Source: Octopus vulgaris
Taxonomy: Eukaryota
Assembly: GCA_951406725.2 (NCBI GenBank)
Contig: OX597820.1
Coordinates: 15,376,001 to 15,440,000 of the forward strand
Length of the DNA stretch: 64,000 nt
Direction: 5' to 3'
The notes under the pieces are model-generated. The model did not search any database and was not told the origin of the DNA. It saw nothing but the letters and a program-made list of their open reading frames with translations. The translations under genes were made by a program, and so were the position numbers. How positions within the stretch are numbered: the first letter of the stretch is position 1; every line of letters starts with the position of its first letter. Shown here in pieces: positions 39,589-51,812 of this stretch.

Positions 39589-41080
39589 ATGTGACAATCA
39601 TAATTGAGAAGTAGTCCGGACAACTGAGAACAAATTCTCTCCACACAACCAATATGGTTGCCTTTTACCTTATGCTGAAAGGTCTCAGAACCCAACCAAT
39701 CAGTTGCCTGCACATAGAAAGTTGTGGGAAGATGTTAAAAGAACTGAGCTTTACTCCATAAAGACATGAAAGATATGCAGTGACACACATATGAAAGATC
39801 CTGGGAAGGGTCTAGCACCTAACTTTGGGATTGAAAGCTATACCAACCCCAAACTGGGTGCCACAGTAGCATATCAAAATTATTATTAACTATTAATATA
39901 TTTTTCAAATTTTCAGCCTATATGAGACAACGCCAGACATGTTTTAGCCTTACTGTCACCTCATCAACAGAACATAACCTTTATCAAACTCACCAAAATA
40001 CTGTTGAAATAGTCACTAAGTAATTATACAAAATTGTACATCGGTAGGAATATGAAAACAGAATTGTTTGGAAAATAACATGGAAATAACCAGCCTCAGT
40101 TTAACTTCGAAGATTTTACACATCTTAACAGGATGTAATTTAGTCTATGAAATTATAAAGTAACGAAGATCAGAACAGTTAAACTGGTTATTATTGCCGG
40201 TAAGAAACGCTAAGGAGGTAAATCATGTTTGTGTGTGTTTACAGATTAAGTATCTCAGCATTTAGAAGAGTTTTTGTTCTTTTCATTTCTCAATGTATCT
40301 ATTTATTCATTGTGTTAATTGAAACACCATATTAAGTGGCTATTATTATTATTATCTTAAATCTTTCAAGATATAAGTATATTAAGGGATTAGAAGAGAG
40401 GAAAAAAAATCTTCTCATAATGAGAGATTAGTCTACTATAATCAATAGAATACTTTTATTATTTTAAATAAAGTTTACCTGAGAAAAACAATATAGTGAC
40501 TCAATGACTTTATCTTATATTTTTCAGTTTTTCCCAACACAAAAAGGATAGTCCTCATATTCTGAAGCGATTATTAAACCTTTCCAAATCTTACAAGCTG
40601 TAGAAATGCATTCAGGAAAAAAACTATTCAGAGGTAAAAAGAAAAAAAAAAAGCTTTTGGATACAAGATTATTTATATTTTTGTTAATGAGTTACTAAAG
40701 AAGACAAGGCTAAAATGCTTGACTTTAATGATTAGGTATGTATCTTGCAACAGTCATGCTATTTACTAGACTAATGTACTTAAATCAACCTGCAATAATG
40801 TACCTAGCTTGCATAAATATATAGGTAGCAATCATATTGTGAACCTAAGCCACGAGGATAGACTGGTACAAATATAGTTTTTTGTTTTGCTTTGTAGAAT
40901 AAGTATGAGGCAAGCAAAGTAAAAAAACAACTAATTTTAATTTATATAATTACTTGGTGCAGCCCTCCGGCTTGTCTGTTCTCAAGAAATTGTCCAACCT
41001 ATGCCAGGTTGGAAAAGGGGATGTTAAATGATAATGATGATGACATAATATATTCAATGTGCAACATATGAAAATATATA

Positions 41081-41387
41081 TTTCGTTTTTGGATTTGGCT
41101 TGCAAGATTCTTTATATGAGTTCATGTGTTGAAGCATATTCTGCTGTGTCTGGGGAGAGTCATTTTCTTTTTGTGCCTTATAATGTAACATACTCACTGG
41201 TAAAATTTTCACTTATTTCTTATTTTTATTTTCCTAAAATTTTTGTTGCATCTTGCAACCTTTTCATTTGTCTTGAAAGAGTCAAGACGCAATGAAAATT
41301 TTAGGAAAATAAAAATAAGTGGAAATTTTACCAGTGAGTATGTTACATTATAAGGCACAAAAAAAAATGACTCTCCCCAGACACAAC
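41081..41387. mobile_element. Foldback (inverted-repeat) retroelement, Penelope-like, with degenerate hammerhead cores
   Basis: Arms 41145-41266 and 41274-41385; perfect 12-bp TSD TGAAAATATATA; second copy at 56815-57088. Confidence 0.75.
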
Positions 41388-41629
41388 TGAAAATATATAA
41401 CAATATAAATAATAATCATCTATAAATAAATGTATTAAACTGATTATTGGGATGAGAGGGGAATTTTTACATTTTTTTTCTAGCTACTTTTACCCACCCT
41501 TATATAGTGTGGGGTAGCCAAATACCTCTTCTATAGCATGACATTTGTGCCTGTCCCTCTATCTTCCTCTCGACCCTCAACACCTGGCATAAAACCAACC
41601 ATCCTCTACTACAGCCCCACTCAGTCTAG

Positions 41630-41875
41630 GAGTCATTTTCTCTGCCTTGCAAGTTACTTGGCAACCTCACTAGTACCAGCATCACATAAGAAGCAACTAG
41701 TATATTCTATAAAATGGTTGGTATCCGAAAGGGCATCCAGCAGTATAAACCATGCCAAAACTAAAATTGGAGCTTGACACAGATCTCTTGGCTTTTTAGA
41801 TCCTGTCAAACTATCCAAACCATGCCAGCAAGGAAGACATATTAAATGATGATGATAATGATGACGATGATAATG
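41630..41875 (+). mobile_element. RTE-type 3' end (family C), degenerate
   Basis: GAAAGGGCATCCAGC...CCAAACCATGCCAGC...(TGA)n. Confidence 0.7.
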
Positions 41876-42244
41876 ATTGTTGTTGTTGCATGCAAAACAG
41901 CTGGACATGATGCTTTGTAAAATCTATTTTGGGGACCTAATGCTTTATCTAAATTCCAGCTAGGGGCAATTGCATTTTCATGCTTCTCTTGTTAAGATTA
42001 ATTAAATAATTAGTAGTTAATTTGTGTCGATATCTTCTTACAGAAAAAGTACTGTTTTAACCATCCTACTTCGAAAAATTATAATTAGCGCATTTATAGC
42101 TTAAAGGAAAAAGACCTCTGCTTCTTACCCTGATTATCTCCCTTGGTATATGAACTCTTCTAACAGTTTCAGTCTTCAGGATGTTTACACGAAGGATATT
42201 TTTTAAAAGGCTTAATTAAAATATTCAGTAACCAGGATGATACT

Positions 42245-42552
42245 TAAACTTAACTTAGAAAAGAATAAAGTTTTAGCAAATAGGAAAACAGAGAGCTCTC
42301 CTTCCTTCAGGGAAATGGCCTTGCTCAACATGTAGAAAATGAATAAATAGAAATTCCATATAATGTACCCAATGGAAACTATGGACACACAAGAGGTTTA
42401 GCGATATCACAGGTAGATTAAGAAAGTAGTTGTTGAATGTGGTAGATCTGCAGGAGCAATAAACACTAAAAGCATATGGAAAATAGATTTTCTCAAATGC
42501 CCAGGAGAATCCTTATAGGTAGCAAGATAGCTTCTGTTATCTAGGTGACCTA
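42245..42552 (+). mobile_element. Degenerate RTE RT fragment containing a Cys-rich insert
   Basis: LPSGKWPCSTCRK*INRNSI*CTQWKLWTHKRFSDITGRL, homologous to 43885-44050 on the minus strand. Confidence 0.8.
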
Positions 42553-42852
42553 TCTGAAAGTGATAGGTTTGCTACTGCAAATGGTTCACACGGTTTACAA
42601 TATCACTGTGAATTCACTTATAAGCAATCATTGGCAACTTCAACAATTTCATTGATGTCACTTAAATAGGTTAAGTATTGTTTTATTAGAAAGGACATAC
42701 AGTGAATTGTGTGTTTAAGTGTGCATACACACAAACACACACAAACACATATATATAGTTGCAGGCATGGCTGTGTGATTAAAAAATAGCTCCATAATGA
42801 TATGGCTTCGCTGTGTCTTTTGGAAACTCTGGTTAAGCAATGCTTTGAGAGT

Positions 42853-43115
42853 AAAGGTAAAAGTAAAATTACCTTTTCAAGTCATGCTGACTCACAGGGG
42901 CTGGTTTCCTGGTTTCATAGCGTATATATTCCCCACCTGGATGAGATGCTGGTCCATGGCAGGATTACTTATTTTTGCCAGTTGAGTGGGCTGGAACAAC
43001 ATGAAGTGGAGTGATTTGCTCAGGAACACAACACGCTGCATGGTCCAGGAATCAAAACCATAATCTTACAATCATAAGTCCAACACCCTAACCACTAAGC
43101 CATGTGTTTTCACTT
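42853..43115 (-). mobile_element. V-domain-like tRNA SINE nested in a family B SINE
   Basis: Perfect 12-bp TSD TGCTTTGAGAGT; A box TGGCTTAGTGG on the minus strand. Confidence 0.85.
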
Positions 43116-43190
43116 TGCTTTGAGAGTGAACTTGATAAATGGAAGCTAGAAAAGTAAAACCGTCACATGTATGCGTATGCATGCACACAC

Positions 43191-44165
43191 ATCATCATCA
43201 TCGTTTAATGTACGCTTTCCATGTTGGCATGGGTTGGATGATTTGACTGAGGACTAGTGAACCAGATGGCTGCACCAGGCTCCAATCAGATCTGGCAGAG
43301 TTTCTACAGCTGGATGCCCTTCTTAATGCCAACCACTCTGAGAGTGTAGTGGGTGCTTTTATGTGCCACCAGCTTGGTGCTTTTTACATGCCATCAGCAT
43401 GGAAGCCAGTAAGGTGACACTGGCAACGATCATGCTCAGATGGTGCTCTTAGTGCTCCACTAGCACAGATGCCAGGCATCAAATTTGTCTCTCTTGCACA
43501 TCTGATGTTTCTTAGGTCCAACTTTTCTCTCAAGGTACTTACACTCTGTCAAGTATGCACACTGACATTACACATCCAGCGGAGCATACTGGCTTCATTC
43601 CTTGCAAGCTTACGCATGTCCTCAGCAGTCACGGCCCATGTTTCACTGCCATGTAGCATGGCTGTTCGTACACATGCATCATACAGTCTGCCTTTTACTC
43701 TGAGCGAGAGGCTCTTTGTCACCAGCAGTGGTAAGAGCTCTCTGAATTTTGCCCAGGCTATTCTTATTCTAGCAACTACACTTTCAGCACACTCTTCCCC
43801 GCTACTGACTTGGTCACCTAAGTAACGGAAGCTATCAACTATTTCTAGTTTTTCTCCCTGGAATGTGGAAGCTGTTCTCTGCACACTTTCAGTGTTTATT
43901 GCTCCTGAGCATCTGCCACATACAAAAACTATCTTCCCAGTTAGTCTTCCTTTGATATTGCTGCACCTCTTACACTGGGTACATATTATAGAGTTTCTAC
44001 TTATGCCTTTTCTACAGATCGAGCAGGGTCATCTACCTGAAGGGATTTGTAGTTTCTCTACCTTCCTACTTATTAGGACTTTGGTTTTAGCTAGGTTGAC
44101 TCTAAGGCCCTTCGATTCTAATCCTTGCTTCCACACCTGAAACTTCTCTAGTTCTGATAGTGACT
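43191..44165 (-). mobile_element. RTE-clade LINE 3' fragment (RT C-terminus with PHD-like insert, 3'UTR, (TGA)n tail)
   Basis: WKQGLESKGLRVNLAKTKVL...FRYLGD...ARIRIAWAKFREL...LYDACVRTAMLHGSETW...MLRWM, one in-frame stop; defines family C. Confidence 0.92.
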
Positions 44166-44669
44166 CATGTATAATGGTTGGCATCGCACAGCTTTGCGTC
44201 AGTGAAATGGTGATATGTTTACATTCTTTACCAGCATTATGTCTGGTCACTCAGTATGTCTAAAAGCCTGTACCATAAGAAATATCCCTTACTTGCAAAA
44301 CAGAAGGGCTGGTGACAGGAAGAGCATCCAGCCATAAAGTCCTGTCTCAAATATGGCCACATCAACAACCCATGCAAACATGGATAAACTGACAAGCAAA
44401 TATATATTGTTGTTATTATGTTTAACTGCTGTATGTCCAAATTTGGCCAAATGAGTTTTTCCCAATACTTATTTCTGCTTGCAATAGCCAGTTCCTTTGG
44501 TCAAAATATCATATCCCCAGCTGCTTCAGATGCCAAGATATCAAAAATTGTCAAAGTATAATACAACGGTTTTGCTATGAAATGGTGAGACTACGTTTTT
44601 GTTTCCTGAAAAAGCAACAATTTGGACTTACGACACTTTTGCATAATAACAACAATATGTACGTCCTCT

Positions 44670-44711
<42 letters not shown>

Positions 44712-45069
44712 TGAATTTGTGTATATGTATGTGTATATATACATATGCATGTATACACACATCCACAGGCATTGTATACAATTATTGCTCAATTCTCTCT
44801 TTTCCTTTTTGACAAACTGACTGTTAGTAAAGACATTATTACAACATAACTTTTTCTTTTACTTCATACACAGTTACCATGTAATGAGATACATGGTTAT
44901 TATCTATCGCATAATACTGCTAGATTTATTTCACTGACCTCATAATCTGATAAACAGAATCCTGGTGAGATTTGGACTAAGAAAAATGCGTAACTAATTG
45001 GTCACTTAGTCATATTCAATAGTATTGGTAGAAGAAATAGGCAACATTATTAGTAAAATAGTTGAATGT

Positions 45070-46075
45070 TTAGGTGCAGGCATCATGGTGCAATTAAGAA
45101 GCCTGCTTTGCAACCATGTGGTTTTGGGTTCAGTCCCACTGTGTGGCACATTGAGCAAATGTCTTCTACTATAGACTCGGGATGACAAATGCCTTTTGAA
45201 TGAATTCAGTAGATGGAAACTGTATGTATGGAAGCCCATAGTGCGTGCGTGTGTTTGTACCCCACTACCAACACTTCACAACCAATGTTGGTGTGTTTAT
45301 ATCCCCATAACTTAGTGGTTCAGCAAAAGAAACCAGTAGAATAAGCAACAGACTTTAAAAAATAGACACTAGTATCAATCTGTTTGATTAAAAAGGTGGC
45401 AAGCTGGTAAAAACGTTAGCACATATTTTGTCTGTCTTTACGTTCTGAGTTCAAATTCTGAAATGGTTAACTTTACCTTTCATCCTTTTGGGGTCAATAA
45501 ATAAGTACCAGTTGCACACTGGGTCAATCTAATTGACTGGCCCCCCTCCCCAAAAATTTCGAGCCTTGTGCCTAGAGAAGAAAAGAATATTTTACTTCAT
45601 AAAGCTGTTGAGCTGGCAGAAACGTTAGCACACCAGACAAAATGCTTAGCGATATTTCGACTGTCTTTACGTTCTGAGTTCAAATTCCGCCAAGGTCAAC
45701 TTTGCCTTTTATCCTTTCGGGGTTGTTAAATTAAGTACCAGTTATGCCCTGGGGTCGATGTAATCGACTTAATCTGAGTGTCTGTTATTGTTTGTCCCCT
45801 CTGTGTGTAGCCCCTTGTAGGCAGTAAAGAAATAGATATTTCGACTGTCTTTATGTTCTGAGTTCAAATTCTGCCGAGGTCAACTTTACCTTTCATCCTT
45901 TCGGGGTCAATAAATTAAGTACCAGTTGCATATTGAGGTCGATCTAATTGACTGGGCCTCTCCCCAAAAATTTCGGGCCTTTTGCCTAGAGGAGAAAGGA
46001 ATCTATTTGAGTAAAACCTTTCAAAGTAATGCCCCAGCATGACTGTAGTTCAATGACTGGAACAGGCTAAAAGGT
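45070..46075 (+). mobile_element. Family B SINE carrying three nested family A units (45394-45999)
   Basis: 17-bp degenerate TSD AATCT(G/A)TTTGA(T/G)TAAAA at 45377-45393 and 46000-46016; the B tail resumes afterwards. Confidence 0.85.
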
Positions 46076-46926
46076 ATTGTAAGAAGAGAACATAAAAAGC
46101 ATAGAAATGGTGATTATATGAAATATTGACATATGCTGTTTACAAGAGCTAAGAGATACTGAAATATCTTCAGAAATTACTATTTTTAGTGTTTTCCGTT
46201 AGACGATGGAGAAATAAAAAAAAAAATGCAATAGACAATTTTTAGAACAAAGAAAACAACAAAGTAACACTTGCATAATATAGAATTCAAGAAGGCGTAG
46301 ACAAATGGCAGATTCAACATTTTCAGGACAAACAGGCTAAAAGAATTACAGCAACACAAAGGGTATCAGAGAAAGGAGAAAGCTCATTCAGAAATGTGAC
46401 AGAATTCTCAAGTTAAAATGAGAACAGATGAATAGATTTAAAATATCAGCAAGAAGCACGTAGGCAGAGGAAATAAATGATCTAGTTGTAGACAAACAAA
46501 CCTACTTATTTCATATATAGGCATGAATGAAGAGATGTTACTATCTCTGTGTTGCACTGACACCACTCTAGATATGGTAAGTTTTGTTTTACCAACAGAG
46601 AACAAACGCCCATACGAAAGCATGCCCACATACATTTGGTTATAATGAAGAAAAAGTACTCAATACCACAGCTGAGAGTAATTAGTTTATTTAGGCTGAA
46701 CTTGTGGATAATGAATAAAGAACTGCCACTATGGTGACGGAGAAGTTGAGGCACATGATTCTGAGTCCTAACAATGGCCCTTGGGAATCAGCAACATGTC
46801 AGGGAAGAGTAACATGCCACTGGATCAACCTAACTATATATATATATATAAAGTGAGATAGGGGCTGTGAGAGTAACCCTCTATGGGATAACATATATCC
46901 AATATACTGCCAGTAAAGCATATATA

Positions 46927-46968
<42 letters not shown>

Positions 46969-46994
46969 GGGGATGTGTGGCATTCAGTTACTCA

Positions 46995-47445
46995 ATAAAA
47001 GAAAAATGCATTAAATACTACAAAACGTAGATGTAGGACAGACACAGAAAGACCATAATTCTTCATCAGTTATCGACCAAAAAATACTAATACTCAGTTT
47101 CATGCCTTTAACGATAAGACTGAGAACTTCATATATCGGCAGCACCCGATAAAATTAGGGCTCGAGCAAACAAGACAATACAGAATTTATTTATTGTCTT
47201 CATCTATCATTTCAAATTACATTTGTTTACTTTCGTATGTCTACTCTGTCTGTCTTGTTTGCTCGAGCCCTGATTCTACGCAAATCCTGCGGATGCCGCC
47301 AATATATGAAGTTCTCAGTCTTATTGTTAAAGGCATGAAACTGAGTATTCGTATTTTTTTGGTTGACAACAAATGAAGAATTATGGTCCTTCTGTGTTTG
47401 TCCCTACATGTAGGTTTTGTAATATTTAATGTATTTTTCTTTTAT
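46995..47445. repeat. Long imperfect inverted repeat (~185-bp arms), possible Penelope-like inverted pLTR
   Basis: Arms 46995-47177 and 47251-47445, flanked by (TA)n-rich DNA; contains CTGATGA and GAAA modules. Confidence 0.85.
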
Positions 47446-47538
47446 ATGTATACATATATAAAATAAGGATATAATCAAAAGATGATTATATCAGTGGCCT
47501 AGCGCATAACAGTGACCATATAGGTAAAATCAAACTTT

Positions 47539-47743
47539 TTTAAAAAACATAATTATAAAATATAACTATAATTAAGGGCTACTAGATATGACCAGCAGCC
47601 TACACTAGAAGTAGATGTCAAATACTTACAAATGCCTATCTCTTAGAGTGTAGGTATTTAACATCTACTTCTAGTGTAGGCTGCTGGTCATATCCAGTAG
47701 CCCTTAATTATAACTATCTTTTACAATTATATGTTTTTTTAAA
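47539..47743. repeat. Inverted repeat, ~92-bp arms, 18-nt spacer
   Basis: AAGGGCTACTAGATATGACCAGCAGCCTACACTAGAAGTAGATG and its near-perfect reverse complement. Confidence 0.9.
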
Positions 47744-48031
47744 TATACACACACCAGTTTAATGCCCATTTTTCTATGCTTGCATCGGTCAGACAGAGTT
47801 TATTGAGGAAGCTTTTCTCCAGCCATCCCTCATCTGTTTTCAAGCAAAGTAATAAATTCCCGGCAGCCAGACGTGTTCTCACGGAATACTGGAAATGACT
47901 GACAGTGACATTTATTCACAATTACCAAGTAATGTCAAAACAAAGAGACACACACACAATGGGCTTCTTTCAGTTTCTATCAACTAAATCCACTCCCAAA
48001 GCATTGGTTGGCCCAGAGTTATAATAGAAGA

Positions 48032-48304
48032 CTAGCACTATGATCCGGCAATGCATTTAATTGGCGCATCAAATTTCGGGCATTTTGATTGGGTTTTGGA
48101 TAGAAAATTCACAAAAAAGTCACTTCTATTGATTTTTTAATGGCTTTGCGGGGTGACTGGGAAAATGTAAAGATGTGCACGACCACCCTTGGACGGTTTT
48201 GAATGACCATAGAAAGTGCAAGCCCTCTAACTGAAAAATTGTGGATTTGTATAAAGGATACACACACACACAGACAGACATTTTGCCATTTATATATAGA
48301 AAGA
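48032..48304 (-). mobile_element. Non-autonomous Helitron nested in a family B SINE (47755-48365)
   Basis: Minus strand starts TC and ends CTAG; inserted between host A and T with no TSD (AGAAGA^TATTTGCCCAAGG); (TGTC)n/(TG)n near the 5' end. Confidence 0.8.
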
Positions 48305-49254
48305 TATTTGCCCAAGGTGCCACACAGGAGCACTGAACCTCACGCCGTGTTGTCAGGAAGTAACCACACTCTTAGAGCATCTCTCAATTTCTGGGGGACT
48401 TTTTCTCAACAAATTGACTGACACAGATAAATCTTAGATATTTTTCCTATTTTTAATTGATAGTGGGTACAGTAAATCCAATCAGCGAAATCAGTATTCT
48501 TCAGTTGTATTATGCATTCTACTCCTTGATATATTCAAAAGCAATACAGTATCAACATTAAATTACTCAATCTAATCTATGAATCTTGGCTACAATTAAT
48601 TAATGTGATGTACACACAATCTAGTAATTTTACAATGAATGTTGGCAATATTGTTCTTAAAACAAATTGATTGAGAGGTTATATGTCTGTTTAGGATACA
48701 ATGAGAGTAGATCCCAAGGTAGTCAAATTTCATAAAATTAGATTTCTCTTAATTGGTTTGGCTTTTCATATGCAATGAAGTAGGAATTCTTTTTTCTCTT
48801 TATCAGTGACACTATCAAATCATTTACACATATAGAGACGCAAACATTTTCATACATACGCGCACACAAACACATTTTCATACTTACAATCACACATTCT
48901 GACACACACAAACAAACACGCAATTACTCAAGAAATATTCAGCAAATCTAATTTAATGCTAAGTTACATTCCTGTAATAGAAATTAAAATTAAGATCACA
49001 AATAGTGACATATTAATCAATAAAACACCATTAAAACTATAATATCTAACTTCACTTTTCCCCGGTGGCCAATAAAATTTAATTCCTTTCGTGTATGAAA
49101 AATCTTAAAAGATACTTTCCCCACAACAATTAATCAAGCGTTCCTTTTAATTAACACAGTCCAGACATTAGTAATTTGTAATGATGTTTCAATTCTTAAC
49201 CTTTTTATCTAATAAATTTCTCAATAAAGTAACATGTTAAAATGTCACCATTGT

Positions 49255-49620
49255 CATCATCACCACCATCATCATCATCATCATCATCGTCAGGTATTGC
49301 CCATGCTCAGCAAATTGAACACCATAGATCACTTTCTTGGTCTTTCTTGGACTGCCTTTATAAAATCGCTATATTTTTAGCCTGTTTTAATTTGTGACCA
49401 TCTTATCCAGGTAATTCTTGAGAATTCCTCCCACGTCACCTCACCCTACCCTTCATCTTTCCTATTTGTTTTACCATCGATTTGTTGTCTCTTGTTAAAT
49501 TTCAGTGAACAGAAGACACAGGTTTGCTACTTAGCAACTGTAAATGTTCAACAGGTCATAATCCCATCTCTAGCACTGAACCTTTTTCATTTCATTAGCT
49601 AACAACAGATAAGAACTGAG
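49255..49620 (-). mobile_element. Degenerate RTE-like 3' remnant
   Basis: Minus strand GKMKGRVR*RGR...YLDKM pattern followed by a (TGA)n tail. Confidence 0.4.
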
Positions 49621-49755
49621 ACCCTTTTCCATCGAGTGGTGGTTTACAGAACTTCACAAGAAAATGAAGTTGTTTTACAGTACACTGCACAGATATCAAA
49701 TCCCCTTTTATGAGAACAGAATGGGAAAATGTCACTGTAACAACCCAATCATACC

Positions 49756-49974
49756 TATTTCTTTACTACCCACAAGGGGCTAAACACAGAGAGGACAAAC
49801 GGATTAAGTTGATTATATCGACCCCAGTGCATAACTGGTACTTATTTAATCGACCCCGAAAGGATGAAAGGCAAAGTCGACTCAGCGGAATTTGAACTCA
49901 GAACGTAGTGACAGACGAAATACCGCTAAGCATTTCGCCTGGCATGCTAACGTTTCTGCCAGCTCATCACCTTA
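49756..49974 (-). mobile_element. SINE family A
   Basis: 14-bp TSD AACC(C/T)AATCATACC. Confidence 0.9.
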
Positions 49975-50431
49975 AACCTAATCATACCCCATAATAACCA
50001 GGACAACTTTTACAGTCATCCTGACTATCCTCATTTAACATCCATTTTCCATGGTTTGGATGGTTTGAAGGAGCTGACCAGCTGAAGAGCTACCTAAGTT
50101 CCAGTTGTCTGTTCTACCATGGTCTTTATGACCGAATGCCTTTCCTAATCCTAACCACTTTACAGAGTGTACTTGGTGCTTCTTACCTGACACTGGGATG
50201 GCATGACACCAGTGTATCAGCAAAGGATAGCAACAGCTAACAATGGAATTACAGGTTTTGAGATATTTCTAAATATTCTAAGTACATATAAAATATGACC
50301 CAAACGTTTATCAAATGCATAAAAATTATCACCTGCACTAATCACATTTTTAAGTGGCAACCGTTTGTAAGACAAAATGTCAGACAGATTCTTACAAAAG
50401 AGTTAAAGAAAATGGTTATGGGTTTTGATTC

Positions 50432-50810
50432 TTAGCCCTTTGGCATTTAAAATGACTATATCCAGCCTAAATATTCTACCTGTTTTATGTTCAAATCAGC
50501 CACATCTGGCCTCTCAGACCTACCCTACAATGTTGTTATAAAAATAAACCATCATGTCATTAAAATCTTGAAGCTATGAGGTAATGCATGATTAATTGAA
50601 AATAATGTGAATAAATAAGTATTACATTTAAGTACAGAGTTAGCTGAATACTTGAGGGATAAACTAACCGTATCCACCTCAAATAATCAATCTGTTTTAG
50701 GTTCAAATTGGCCAGATCTGGCCTCGAACACCTACCCAGCAAGGTCATTATAAAAATAATCATATCATAAAAATTTTGAAGCTATGAGGTGATGCATGAT
50801 TAATTAAAAA
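50432..50810. mobile_element. MITE family D followed by a partial tandem copy
   Basis: TGTTTTA.GTTCAAAT...TCTGGCCTC...GAAGCTATGAGGT.ATGCATGATTAATT occurs twice. Confidence 0.75.
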
Positions 50811-50829
50811 AATAAGCTTTGGCGGGTTT

Positions 50830-51140
50830 AATCAAACAAAACAACAGAGCTTATTTTTAAGTAGTGGTACTTATTCTGTCGGTCTCTTATGCTGAACTTA
50901 TGGGAAATAAACAAACCAACACCACCTACCAAGCAATGGTGAGGACAAGCACACACACTCAAAAACACACAAATATACGTGTGTACACATACACGATAGC
51001 TTCCATATACCAGATTCACTCACAAGACACTGGTTGGCCCATGACTATAGTAGAAGATACCTTCCCAAGTTGCCACACATAGAACTGAACCTAAAACCAT
51101 GTGAAGCAAAGTGAGCTTCTTAACCACAAAGCCATGCCTA
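50830..51140 (-). mobile_element. SINE family B (B1 tail)
   Basis: ACTGAACC...TTAACCACAAAGCCATGCC. Confidence 0.7.
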
Positions 51141-51644
51141 TACCAGAAGCAATTTGTAGGCAGAAGAGAATTTTGATAAAGTTGACACTGGCAATATGGT
51201 AGTTAGTTATGTTACCATTTGGAAAGCATATATGAAATACTATGTTAATTTCAGTCAAATTTAACTGCAAGGTTGTGAAATACTAAACTAAATACTATGA
51301 GTTAAAAAGTCAATCTTCCCATGCCCAGCTATACCAACTCCATAATTTGTGGGGCTGATCAAGAAAATGAGTGAGTAATTTGAATAATCTACAGTAGAGT
51401 CATTAGCACTGAGTTAATATCACAACAAAGTTTATTCAACAGTTATAATAAACATCCTGCTGGACAGAGTATTTGTTATAAATACAAGTCAACAACCTTT
51501 CATAAAATACAACTCTATCTTAATTTACCCAGTTGATACAGGAAGCTAATCTACATTAAGCTAATGTCTTATCCAAAATAAAACTTCTATTGTATCCGTG
51601 TATGAAACCTAACAGTCACTAGAAAGAAATGCAGTCATTATGAA

Positions 51645-51812
51645 TTATTTCATCTGTCTTTACATTCTTGAGTTCAAAATTTGCCAAGGTCGACTTTGCC
51701 TTTCATCTTTTTGGGGTCAATGAAATAAGTATCAGTTGAGTACTGGGGTTGATGTAATTGACTATCTCCCTCCCCCAAATTTTAGGCTTTATGCCTTTAG
51801 TAGAAAGAATTG
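51645..51812 (+). mobile_element. 5'-truncated SINE family A (tail type 2)
   Basis: GAGTTCAAAAT...GTCGACTTTGCCTTTCATC. Confidence 0.8.

Noticed and set aside
39606-39770. Open frame possibly from an integrase remnant
   Set aside because: No diagnostic motif could be confirmed.
46521-46576. Short plus-strand exon with GTAAGT donor
   Set aside because: Weak acceptor, no partner exons and no homology.
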